Source: Geosiphon pyriformis uo1
Taxonomy: Eukaryota; Fungi; Glomeromycota
DNA length: 64,000 nt
NCBI GenBank assembly: GCA_016748015.1
Contig: JAAOMT010000620.1
Coordinates: forward strand, 333,391 to 397,390
Direction: 5' to 3'
The translations under genes were made by a program, and so were the position numbers. Below the pieces are notes generated by a model. It did no database searches and was not told the origin of the DNA. It was given only the letters and a program-made list of their open reading frames with translations. Position 1 is the first letter of the stretch; every line of letters begins with the position of its first letter. Shown here piece by piece: positions 52,201-64,000 of the stretch.

Positions 52201-55200
52201 GAAGTTGTCCCAACAGAGAACATCAAAAGTGCTACAAGCTGAAAAGATCCTGTCTGAAAAAACCTTAGAAAGAATCTTGTGGGCTGTCTCAATCAGAGCA
52301 ATTAGATAAATATTTGTGAGAACACTTTTTTATTTATATAGTTTAGGTATCATTAAAACCCAAGCATCTTTCCAAGGTCTAGAAACCAACTTACTAACTA
52401 AGCAAGAGTTTAAAAGCACCAGAAGCATATCTAAGACTGACTTGTCACAATGTTTCCACAATTCATTAGAAATACCAAAAAGGCCAACAGCCTTCCTATC
52501 AGGAAGATTTTTGACAATGGCAAACATTTCATCAAAACTAATTGAACACATAATGCCAGAGAAAGCACCATTAAACACATAATCCAGAGGCTGAAATTGG
52601 CAAACCCAGTTAGCAGAGAGATCAGTTACCACTTCACGCTTTCTGGTCCATCCCTCCATAATCTTATCCACCTTAGATTTGACCAAATCAGGTTCCAAAA
52701 TCAACTCATCTCCCACTACCAGATGATCCAAAACCACCTTACAAAAAGGATGCTCCAACACACTCCTAATGGTATGACCTTTGTTTAACTCAAAACTTTC
52801 CATCCTCCTAGCAATAATCTGCTTGATATAAGACTCCTCAACGCACTTGGATTCCAACAACTTGGTAGCATGATATAATTTTCTCACTTTGGCAAGTGCA
52901 GAACAAATAAGATTAAAATTAAAACCCAAAAAAAAGAGACTTCACCACTAATGCACCAGTAGAATCGAACTTGTTTCACATTCCCAGCAACACAACAAAA
53001 TCACAACAAGAAATTAAGCATAAGGCCTTGACCAGCCTAGAAATTAGCAACTTTAGCTTATGAAACCTGGAAGACTCTTTGGTGAAAACACCATCAAAAC
53101 CCTTGAACTATTTCTTTTTAAATGCACTATTAGCTGAAAAAACCATGATTTTATGAATAATGTCTCATATAGCATCCAGATCTGAGAACCTCACAGCAAA
53201 ACCAAATGTATCTGAAAACATAACAGCATTAGCAGCTGTATTATCCCTGAACTCAAACCATTTTGTCTCATTGGCATTCTTGATGTCAAACTTCCAATGA
53301 TCTCTATTCACTTGTTTGCAAAGAAAAATCAAATGAGTATCCAAAAATCCACTCAACCCCAAAAACACAGAGACAGCCTGGTAATCTGTGTTGAAATATT
53401 TGCTAACATTGAAAACGCCATGATGAACAACCACATTGATTAGATTAGGAGAAATAAACATGTAGTCAATGGTTTTCTTGACACCCCTAGAATTCACCCA
53501 AGTAGGCATTTTAACAGCCGAGCTTCTGACTAAAGAATTAACCAGTCCCAGATCCAGGCATTTTTTAAAACTAGCATATTTATAAAACCCATTTTCATTA
53601 AAGTCACTGCCAAGAATGATAAAAAAAGACTCATTAACAGTTTTTGCAATGAGAGAGTTTATTTTACTGGCTTAAAAAAACCAAACTGCCAAAAAAGCAC
53701 CAGCATAAAGACCCAAAATAGACACAGAAAGTTTATTTTTGAAAAGCAATTTGATGTATAGTAGCTGACCAGGCATCTCAGAGACCTTACACACATGTCT
53801 TGCTAAAGAAGAATCCATAACAATAACTACACCAGCACCCAGATAACCAGAATCCAAACCAGAAGTAAACACCCAAACACCACCAAACCTGCTGACAATT
53901 TATGGACAAACTTTTCCCTTTAGCTTTGATTCCATAAAAATAGAAATTAAATTGCCCATATTCTTATCCCAACGAATGATATCATCATGTTTTGCAGAAT
54001 TATTCATTCCTCTAACATTACACATGACAACTTTCCAAACCAGATCCATCATTGAGAAGAACAAAAAACAGGCACTGGATCAGCATTGTCTATTTTAGCT
54101 AAAAGGTTCATAACCATAACCGAAAGATTCTTTAAAGTTTTTTCTATTTTCAAGACAACTAAAGGATCAAAAACCACTGCCTCTGCTACAGTCTTACCAC
54201 CAGTGGCCACAGTCAAACCCTTATTCATCACTATATCTGCTTTTTGATTCTGTGATGAAGGGGTCACCAATAGCTGATGTCCAGAGCTAAGCTAAGAAAC
54301 CGTTGGTCCAGATGTGTCCAACCTCTTAGCCAGCTTATTAACATGCTCTGCAAGGCTGGCGAAACTGTGCTTAAGAGTGGCAAACCTATCATTCATTTTC
54401 AAAGACACCAGCAGAGTAGGCTTCATCTCCAAAAAAGAGCCATTTTTTGAAAAAATATTCTGACCAGAGAAAGGAGGGAAAGAAAACCTGCCAACAACAC
54501 TAACCCATGAACACCACCAAAAGCAACTGGCTGAGTGACTGGAGCTAAACGTTTGACATAAATGGTCACCAGTCTACTTTTATCAGAATCCAAAAGCATC
54601 TGATGTGACAACCTACCAGAAAGCAATTTTCCACCAGAACTACAGCCCAAAAAAGTATGACCCAACCTCTCACACTTTGCACATATAGCAGAGCCAAGAT
54701 AAGACCAATGAAGATGAGCACCTCTTAATATGGGTGTAGTTCCCATGACAGCATCCAATGATTTGGCTGACTTAAAACAAACAATGGTACATCTGACTCA
54801 AGCATACATAACCAGATAATAATCAATTACACATGTTTTCCCACCTACAGAACCAATAAAGTCCCAGATGTCATGAGCATTTGTTTCCACAGGTAGAGTA
54901 TAGAACAATGTCTTATAAAAATCTCTTTTATCCCATATAATCTTATCTAAATCTGATCTAGCAATGTACACTACATCCTTTCCAATTAGGACAGACCATC
55001 TATCTGCCAAAAGATTGGCCTGAGATTGTTCCTCAAACTCAATGATTGCTTTTTGCCACAGCCCTACCAATTGCATTTTGATTGACTTAATTACACCAAA
55101 TTCAGACAGCATGGCACGCACAGCCTCAGTTGATGTTCCAACCAGAATTTCTTTTATTACCACAGTCTGATCTGAATGACCAGTCAATTTCTTAAGATTG

Positions 55201-55969
55201 GTGTTTATTACAATCTTCACATCAGCAGCCTTTTTGGTGGCTTTTATTAAACTCAATTCGGAAGTAAACGTTGCTCAAATGATCCCAGAAAATTTTGAAG
55301 GAGTAGAGACCTCCCCAAAACCATTGATTTTCGAAAATAACTTTCTGATCACTTGTAGTTTTTCCTAAGCAGATTTTTCAACCACCTTGTTCAGCCCAAT
55401 ATCCAAAGTAAAAGATTTGCAAGCAGAAATGTTGACCAGATTTTTGAGAGGTGGGGGGAGCTTCAATAGAGCATCCAAGAGAACATCATCATCAACATCA
55501 CTCAGTGAAAAATTTATTTTACTCAATGGCTTGCCTAATGCCTTTTTGGTTTAGATCTTTGACTCAGTAAGTGTTTAATTAGGATCTCTTTCAGCAAGAG
55601 TATTATCCTCTCTGTAATTAAAACTAGTTTCTTCTACCAAGCATTCCTTTTCCATATCAATACTCTCAGACTCAGTGGTGTTACCAGTCTTTGAACCTTA
55701 TAAGTGACAATTTTGAACCTTAGAATTAATACTCTTTTTACCAGAACCATCTTCTAAAACACCACCTCTTCTCTTTTTTCTCAGAAAAACAGATCTGAAG
55801 TCATTACCAGAACCAGAAACTTTAGCAGCCTTCTTCATAACAGCAATACTACAGCCAATAGTGGCCTTGTAGTTGAGAATAAAGAGTTTGGATTTATTAT
55901 ACTGAATTGTAAAAAAAACTTTGACTCTTTTTTTTGAAAATTTGGACAAAAAAGAAAAAGAAGTTTTTT
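49269..55969 (-). mobile_element. LINE C, full-length, degenerate, different subfamily
   Basis: ORF1 from ~55840 (CAKCERLGHTFLGC) to 54049. ORF2 from ATG 54052 has WKVVMCNVRG, FVNDT, YMDRS, KVRGHSG and CLFCGD. Poly(A) tail reads as a T-run at ~49269. Confidence 0.9.
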
Positions 55970-56920
55970 ATAATATTATTTAATATTATATAATATAAAG
56001 ATTATTATTAATTATATTTTAATTAAGAACACAAATTTTATTGGTTAAATTTAAAAATATTTTAAAAAATCTAAAACTAATTATTATTGTTAAATACAGC
56101 TTATTAGTAAACATTTAACTTATAATATGCTAAAAATATAAAATATGACCAAAAAATTTAAAAAATAATAGACATATTTTTATTATGAACATTTTAAACA
56201 ATATTTTGAAACTTTTACAACAATTTTTTAAAGCTATACAACAGTTAACAATATTATTAAAAGTAGCTATTAATAAAAAATATATATAATACAGAACTAC
56301 AAACAAAAAAAATTAACAAAAATTTAACTAAAATTAAATATTCCTAACTTTACTTGGTTTTAAACAAAAAAATTTTAATATCCAAACAATAGAAAAAATA
56401 AAAAAAGCTTTAAACAATTTGATTATAGAATTAAATACTAAAAAATAAAAACCAAAAACTTTTATAACATAGAAAAAAAAACTTTTATTAACATATTAAT
56501 TTTTTAAACTTAGAAAAAAATCGAATCTATAAACATAATATATAAACAACAACAATTAAATTTTCAACAAAAAACTCTTATAATAAGTAAAAAAATTTGT
56601 TGAAAAAAATAATCTAACACTATATTATAAGACAATATACTGGTTATACTTAACATTCAAATTCTGTTTAATCATATTATTAAACAGTTTATTAAAAGCT
56701 ATTATAATTAAAAATATTGAACAAATGATTAATTTTTAATTTAAAAAACTACAAAAAACAATATTTAACATAATACTTAAACATTATACCAAAAAAACAA
56801 CTTTTAAAAATACTTATAATTTTGCAGAAACTTAATTCTAAAAAAAAGAAATAATATTATCTAAGTAAAAAACTGATTAAAAACTATTAAAAAATATGAT
56901 TATTATGTAAAAACATAAAA

Positions 56921-57040
56921 TAATATAGAATAATATAAAATAATACAAAATAATATAAAATAATATGAAATAACATAGAATAATATAAAATAATATAAAA
57001 TAACATAAAATAATACAAAATAATACAAAATAACACAAAA
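56921..57040. repeat. 10-bp tandem repeat (taatataaaa), 12 units
   Basis: Units taatatagaa/taatacaaaa/taacataaaa differ by transitions only. Confidence 0.85.
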
Positions 57041-58485
57041 TAATTAATAACAATTAGTTATAATACAATAACTAAAATAATAAACAATAGCTAGTAATAA
57101 TAAAAAATTGAAAAGCAATTTTATAAAATTAAAAAATATGTATAAAATAAATAGTTTTAGCATATAGAAAAAAACAAAACAAATAAGATTTAAATATATT
57201 CAAATATATTTTATTTAGTCTAAAAACTTTTTTATTTTATTTTTCTTTATATTTTTTATTATTTTAATAAAATAATATTATTTAATTTACAAATATATAA
57301 TTTCAATATTTTAATTGTTAAAATCTAATTAATTGTTTTTTTATCTTTGTTTCTGTTTAAATGCTATTAGCATAAATACTTTTAGAATTTTAATGATTTA
57401 GACTAATTACTCTTAATTATAATAATTAATAGAATATTAATATTTTATTTATTTATTTTTTCTCTTATAAAATAGCAATATTGAAAATCAACTGTTTAAA
57501 ATTAGACTTTATAATAATCTAATAAAAAAGAGAAATTTTTTTTAAATATTAAATATTAACTTTATTTTGTTAACTTATTAAAAAAACAAAAAAACAATAC
57601 TAAACTCTAATAACTGTATTTAACTAGTTTAGAATAAAACACAACTATAATAATACAATTGCTAAATTTATATTTTTATATATAATAAAAAAACTTAATA
57701 AAACTTAAAACAAAAAAATCTTTAAAAATTGATAAATTTATTCATAATTAAAACTAATTTATTTAAAAATTATTTAGTTTTTATTACTAAATTAAAAGTA
57801 CTAAATATTATAATTATATTTTATTAAGTTTATTTATAATAATATACTATAAAATAGCCAATTATATATAAGAAAATATAATATCAGAAATTTTAAAAAT
57901 ACTTAAAAATTTTTTAGAAATATTAAAAATATTAAGAATTTTAAAAATATTAAAAATTCCAAAAATGACAAAAATATTAGTAATAATTAAAAAAACCTAA
58001 AAATATTAAATTATCTAGTATAATAAAAGTTATATATATATAATAATTATATTAAAAAATATATATTTAAAAATTAAAACAGATTTTATTTTTTTAATAT
58101 ATTTAAATAAACTTATTTTTTAAAACTTTAAAATTTATAAATTATAGTTTATATTATTAAATTATTTGTTTTAATTAGTTAATTTAATAAAAACAATAAA
58201 TATAAAAAGTATATATTTAAAGATTTTAATATACTAAAAAAATAAATTATAATTATAATTATTAATAAAATACTAAATTATTTTTTTGATTAATTGTAAA
58301 ATTTATTAAATATTGAGTATTTTTTTTTAAATAAATCTGAAATTTTAAATTTAAAACTAAAACTAAAAATATTGTTTTTAATATTAAAACTAATATATAT
58401 ATATATAAAATAATATATAATAATTTATTTTTAATATTTTAAATTAGTATTATAATATAATATTTGTTTTTATTATAAATAATAT

Positions 58486-61400
58486 ATTTTTTTTATTATT
58501 ATTAATTTATTAACGAGTGCAGCCCAACCAAAGTCTAGAATAAGTTACAAAGAAAAGTAGCCAATTAAACATAGTTCACGCATTTGCTACATGTAACCAG
58601 CCACTCAAGCCAATCAAGACAACACTACACACTTATCAAAACACTAACCCTATGAACAGCACCAGACAAAAACAAGAACCTATTCCTAAAACTGAAACCG
58701 ACATTAAGAGAGTCCAACACACCAATAAGGCGGACTGTGCCAGCTGAAAGAGGCAGAGTGCCCACACCAAGAGCACCGGCCACAACAACATCATCACCAA
58801 TCAAACCACTTCTCTCTATGTCAGACCTGAACTTAATTCTAAAGAGCCAGAGATTCGTCCTATGACTCTCAGCCAAACAACGGATGAAATCCACCACCAC
58901 AACGGCCACTTTCTTTTTGTTACCGAGAGAAGCAGTGGCCTCATCCATCTAACTCTTGAGAACAAATTCCTTGCAAAAAACTGAATACAACCCAACATCA
59001 GACACCCTCAGAGAAAGATCCCGCAGTACAAAAGATGGCAACAGTAGATTAAAACTCATCAGAGTTCTTCACAAACTACCAAAATCACCCAAAATATCTG
59101 ACTGCACAGAAACATCTTTAACACAAGTAAAACCATGATCAGGGAGTTCCATATTACCACAAAACAGACAAGACACACCAGGGTAATCCCTATTATACAG
59201 CCTCTTTCGAACAGCAACAGGCAACTTGAAATGAACAGCTTTCATGAAGTACGTACGAAAAGCAGCAGTGGCTTGACACGTACTCCCAGAGAGCATATGA
59301 GAGTCAGGATGCCAAACTAGAGCGGTACCATTCCAATCAACAACCAGACCAAACAAACAAGACACAACCCCTTGGCCGGGACTCACCTCCCACTGAAACT
59401 TGCAAATAGAATGAAAAATGTCACGTACAAAATGGTGGGCATTACTGGAAACTGGCCTGCCATCGGCAACCACATATCTACAATTAATCCTGGCAGGAAG
59501 AGAGACCCCAGAGTGTGCAGCCTGTTCAGTAAAAACATCAGCCAAAACATTACCAGCGATGCCAGCATGACCTTTGACCTTGATCCAGCAGACAGTCAGA
59601 TCTTTGGATTCAATCAAATTAACCACATGGCGCCTTTTTATCCAGCAACTATTGCGACAATCCGGTTGTAACAGACCCAATTCAGCCACACATGCATCGA
59701 TAGCCACTTGACTATCCATGTACAAAGCCACTGAAACAGAGGCGGAAATGCACTCCAGAGCCAGGACAACAGCCTGTAATTCAGCCAGGGTTAAAGACAG
59801 CACACCATGTACCTCCACTCCTAAACCTTTGTTCAAGCCAGGAAAATAAACGGCAGCACCACACGCCACCTAAAACATATCCAAACTTCTAAGAGAACTG
59901 TCAGTATAAACATCAATCTCATCAGCCCACAATCCATGAATCTCTTCACAAATGTTGACAAAAGACATCAAATTCAAAACACTAGCACAGACTGAAGCTA
60001 AACTTGTAGGAGGGGAAGCATGCAAACAATTACTCAAGTAAGCAGAGGCCTTCAAAAACCATAAAGGCATGGGGCCTCTAGAACCAAGTTTTTTCCATCG
60101 GCGAAACGTATGCCAACTAACAATAGAACTATTTTTGTCCAAAAGTTGGTCACCATACGCCACACCAGCAATTTTCAAGGAGTGAATCACATTGAAATAC
60201 AAAAGATCACCCAATACTAATGACATTGGGAAATGGCCAGGAAAGTGAAAGGCACAGAGAAGTCTGTTATCCAAAGACAGCTTGTTGTCGAGAAATATAC
60301 AAACCACACCCACTAGAAAATTGTTTGAAGTGTTTACTCTTAGCTTAACAGGATATTGCAAAGGATTTAATGGAGCCCAGCACAAAACCTGCAAATCCAA
60401 AATTCAATGTTTGGACAGTCGGCCAAGAATTCCAGAAGAATTTGCAAACTGCATAACAGAAGCCATCTTGCATTTAGCTTGCAATTGTTCAAAAGATTTC
60501 AGCCCATAAAGAGAGGGGTGGTGCAACGCCTCATTGGAAAAGTCTCTTGGCAAATTGGCCTTCGACCTAAAACCCCTTCTAATTAGAACGTCCCATTTTA
60601 GACAAACAGCTTTGGAAACAAAACTAAACTGTGTTCAATAACTGACTATGGGCTGTAAAACAGCTGAAACCAGATAAGAGAATTGTTTATCAGAGACAGC
60701 CTTCCGAAGAACCATATTTGAGAAGAACTTAATATCTGAATTGGCTTTGGTAAGACTCAGCTTAGACAAACCATCGGTGGACAAGAAAATACCCAAATAT
60801 TGATGACTCACACCAGAATTGGCAACAGCAATAGCCTGACTATTGATGAATAAAACAGAAACCCCCACTCTTTTGTTGATAGAAATGGCAACTGTCTTCT
60901 CGTTGTTTATGTTAATGTCATTGATGAGGAAAAACTTGCTGGCCATATTAAAAATGTGCTGCATAGAGGCTTGTCCATTTCCCACCCAAATAGTGTCATC
61001 GACAAAGACACCAGCCGCGAAAAAAGAGGTCATACCCCCACTAGTCTCAATTTTTCCAGTCTTTGACACAAAGTTCAAATTGATCTGATAACCACACAAA
61101 TGATCTTGTCTCGCAACTTCACATAACAAAGAGTCATAAAAAATTCTTCATAAAAGAGGTGAGAAAACTTCACCCTGATCCAAACCATCAAGGACTTTGT
61201 ATCCATTAGAAAGGCCAAAATTCGTTATGATTCTGTTAAAGCGACTGTTGTGAATGTTGCCAAAAAACTTGATAAACTTGTTACACATTTTGATATGGCG
61301 TAAACTAGCTTCTAAATGAGGCCAACCAACAGAGTCATATGCTTTGCGCATGTTTTGAAGAACTAGCCAAAGTTCGCGGCCTTTTTCTAAAGCATCCTCC

Positions 61401-64000
61401 ACAATTAAACTCACAGCTGAAATTGGTGACTGAGTGGAAGTGTCTTTGAAGACAGAAAAGTTGTTACCATGGAGGACATCAAACCTACTACAAGCAAGAG
61501 AGATCCTGTTTGAGAGAACTTTTGACAGAATCTTCCTGGCCATCTCAATCAATGCAATAGGTCATGTATTCGACAAAACGCCATTCCAATCATAAGGCTT
61601 AGGAATCATAAACACCCAGGCCTCTTTCTAATGGACTGGAACATCATTAAAATGCAAACAAGAGTTTAGCAAAGACAACAAGCACTCCAAAACCAAACAG
61701 CCAGCGTGTTTCCAAAGTTCATTGGTAATATCAGACAAACCAGCAGCTTTGCCATCAGGAAGATCACTTATAACCGAAGACATCTCACACATAGTAATAT
61801 CACACATAACCAGACTGAAGGCACTATCATTAACATAAGCCAAAGAGGCATATTGTTGTGCTCAGGAACCAGACAGGGCAGGAAGAGCATTCTGCTTCCT
61901 GGTCCAATTAACCATGATGTCATTTACTTTGAGCTTCACTTTGTCAGGTTCCAAAATAAGAAAATCACCAACAACTAAATAGTCCAAAACGACTTTGCGA
62001 AAGGGCTGCTCCAAGATGCTCCGAATCATTCCACCTTTGTCCATTTTGAACTTTTTCATATACTTATCAATTGCATCTTTGATAGGAAATCTTTTGGCCA
62101 CCTCAGATTCACAATATTTGGACTTTCTATATTGCTTTCTAACTTTTGAAAGATGATTTATCAAGCCAGCAAAACCCATACCATCCCCAATCATACCAAA
62201 AACTTTGGAAGCTTCAGAAGAGTCAACCTTAAACCAAGTGTCAGCCAGATGAACAAAGCCCAAAGTATCATCCCATTTCAGCACTTTTAATAACTTGACA
62301 ACCAAAAGCTCTAACCTAGAAAATTTAGAAGAAAGTCTATTTTTAGCACAATTAAATTCACTATACCAATGTCTTGAAAAAAATTTTTCAGCAGAAGCAG
62401 TCATGGCATCAGCTAGCATCCCCCACATCCCATCCAAGTTGCCATCATCCTCAGCCATCTTAAACCTATTCAGAGAACCCAAAAGCACACACTCAGAAAG
62501 ATCCTTAAAATGCGCCCACTTTTTCTCATTAACATTCTTAATCTTAAACTTCCAGTGATCTTTATTAGCATGCTTGCAGATGCTGTTCAAATGAGCATCT
62601 AAAAGACCACCCAACCCAATAGACATCAACACAGCCAAGTGATCTGTGTCAAAAAATTCCGAAACAAAACCAACATCACGATCCACAACCACTGAAATCA
62701 AAGAGTCATTAACTAGAATGTAATCCAAAACCTTGCTAATGCCTCTTGAATTGTTCCAAGTAGGAATCCTAGCTAGAGAGTGACCACCAAAAACATTAAC
62801 TAAATCCAAACCTAAACATTTCCTAAGACTCACCCCCTTGACTAAGTTGTCTTCATTGAAGTCCCCACCTAAAACAACAAAAGAACTCTTGTTGACAGTA
62901 TCAGTAATGAATGAATTAATAACAGAAGCCTGAGCAAAATGGTCACCACCAGACGCACAGGCATAAAGCCCAATGACAGACACAGAAAGCTTGTTTTTGA
63001 ACAAAAGATGAATTGAAAGAACTCTGCCCTTCACCTCCTTGACTTTGGAAACATGACGAACCAGAGAATCATTCACAAAAATAGCCACACCAGCCCCACA
63101 AAACCCAACATTCAGACCAGACATAAAAACCCAAACACCCTCAAACCTTTTCATGATCCATGGTTGTAAACCGAAACACAACTTGGTTTCTGTAACAATT
63201 GAGATCGAACTACTAGATTCCTTATGCCAGCGAAAAATGTCCTCCTGCTTTGCAGGATTGTTCATTCTCTTAACATTACACATGGCAATTTTTCAAATAA
63301 AACTGGTTATTATGATGAAGAGATAACTGAAGAACTTGAGCCAGCACATAACTGATCCAACTTAGCCAAAATCAAACCAATAGAGATGTCGAGGGCAACC
63401 AACTTCGATTCCAGACCACCAACTTTGGAAGTCAGGACTTTGGAACTACTTGGACCCAATAGTGAACTGGTAACACCTGGAGAAAAAGAAGTAGGCTGAA
63501 CAAAAAGATCATCAACCATCATGTCAAAATCCAAGTCAGAGTTTGCAACCACAAGAAAAACAGAGGTTGGGGACTGGAAAACTACCACAGAAGGAGCCAA
63601 TTGAGAGGAAGGCGCCAAGGGTGCCGAACTAATATTGTTGAGATGAGAAAGAATGTTTGAAATTTGTTCAGACAGAAGCTCCACAGAGCATTTCAGAAGC
63701 ACTAAGCGAACACTTAAAGGAGAATTGACTACAGGCAGAGGGGAGAGTATCTCACCCAAACTTAAATCACCAGAAGATGGGGAACTGGAACCAGAACCAG
63801 CACAAAAACCATGAGAGACTAAAGCAACTGAGACCACTTGAGCCCAAGATTTGCCACCAAAGACAGCAGGACGGAAGATCAGTACATTCTTTTTTGCATA
63901 CAATTTGGCCAGCTAGAGACAAGTATCTGGGTTGGTAGGCCTTATAAAAAACTTTGAAGATTTGAAAGCTGATGCAACCTCAGCATCACATTCCAAGGCA
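58486..64000 (-). mobile_element. LINE D (same subfamily as B), 5' part outside window
   Basis: ORF1 C-terminus to ~63307. ORF2 has APE-RT(FVDDT)-RNaseH-ZnF (CLFCGN). The 3' UTR is nearly identical to that of B; tail at ~58486-58505. Confidence 0.93.

Noticed and set aside
55970-57100. AT-rich tract that may be a decayed coding sequence
   Set aside because: Could not back-translate to any recognisable motif; left unannotated.
27178-62558. Recurrent antisense ORFs in the LINEs
   Set aside because: They recur only because the copies are homologous; they are short, inconsistent in extent and carry no motifs.

Overview
Eukaryotic (fungal) genomic DNA. Gene content, short AT-rich introns and TE types point to an early-diverging fungus, probably Glomeromycotina/Geosiphon-like; this is inference only. 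Bases 1-14.3 kb are gene-dense: a Kar9-like/GAR(GAS2)-domain gene (+), a purine phosphoribosyltransferase (-), an orphan ORF (-), YAF9 (+), a Cdc12-type septin (-) and a mitochondrial ribosome recycling factor (-). From about 14.3 kb to the end is a nested transposon block. An old, heavily AT-mutated LINE (+, ~14.57-42.15 kb) carries two younger LINEs: A (-) and B (+). LINE A in turn carries a young Ty3/Gypsy LTR element with a Cys-rich domain and a dUTPase between protease and RT; its interior is scrambled by gap-filling and contains a Nextera adapter. Further right lie a decayed Gypsy, an unusual ~1.65-kb foldback LTR-like unit, and two more LINEs (C and D, both -). All TE ORFs carry stops or frameshifts. 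Most notable: the palindromic LTR-like unit with inward-facing TATA boxes, the Cys-rich + dUTPase Gypsy, a C>T/G>A hypermutation gradient with a TpC bias between the LTRs, and a conserved ATGA stop/start overlap plus 3'-UTR hairpins in the LINE family. All alignments were made by eye.
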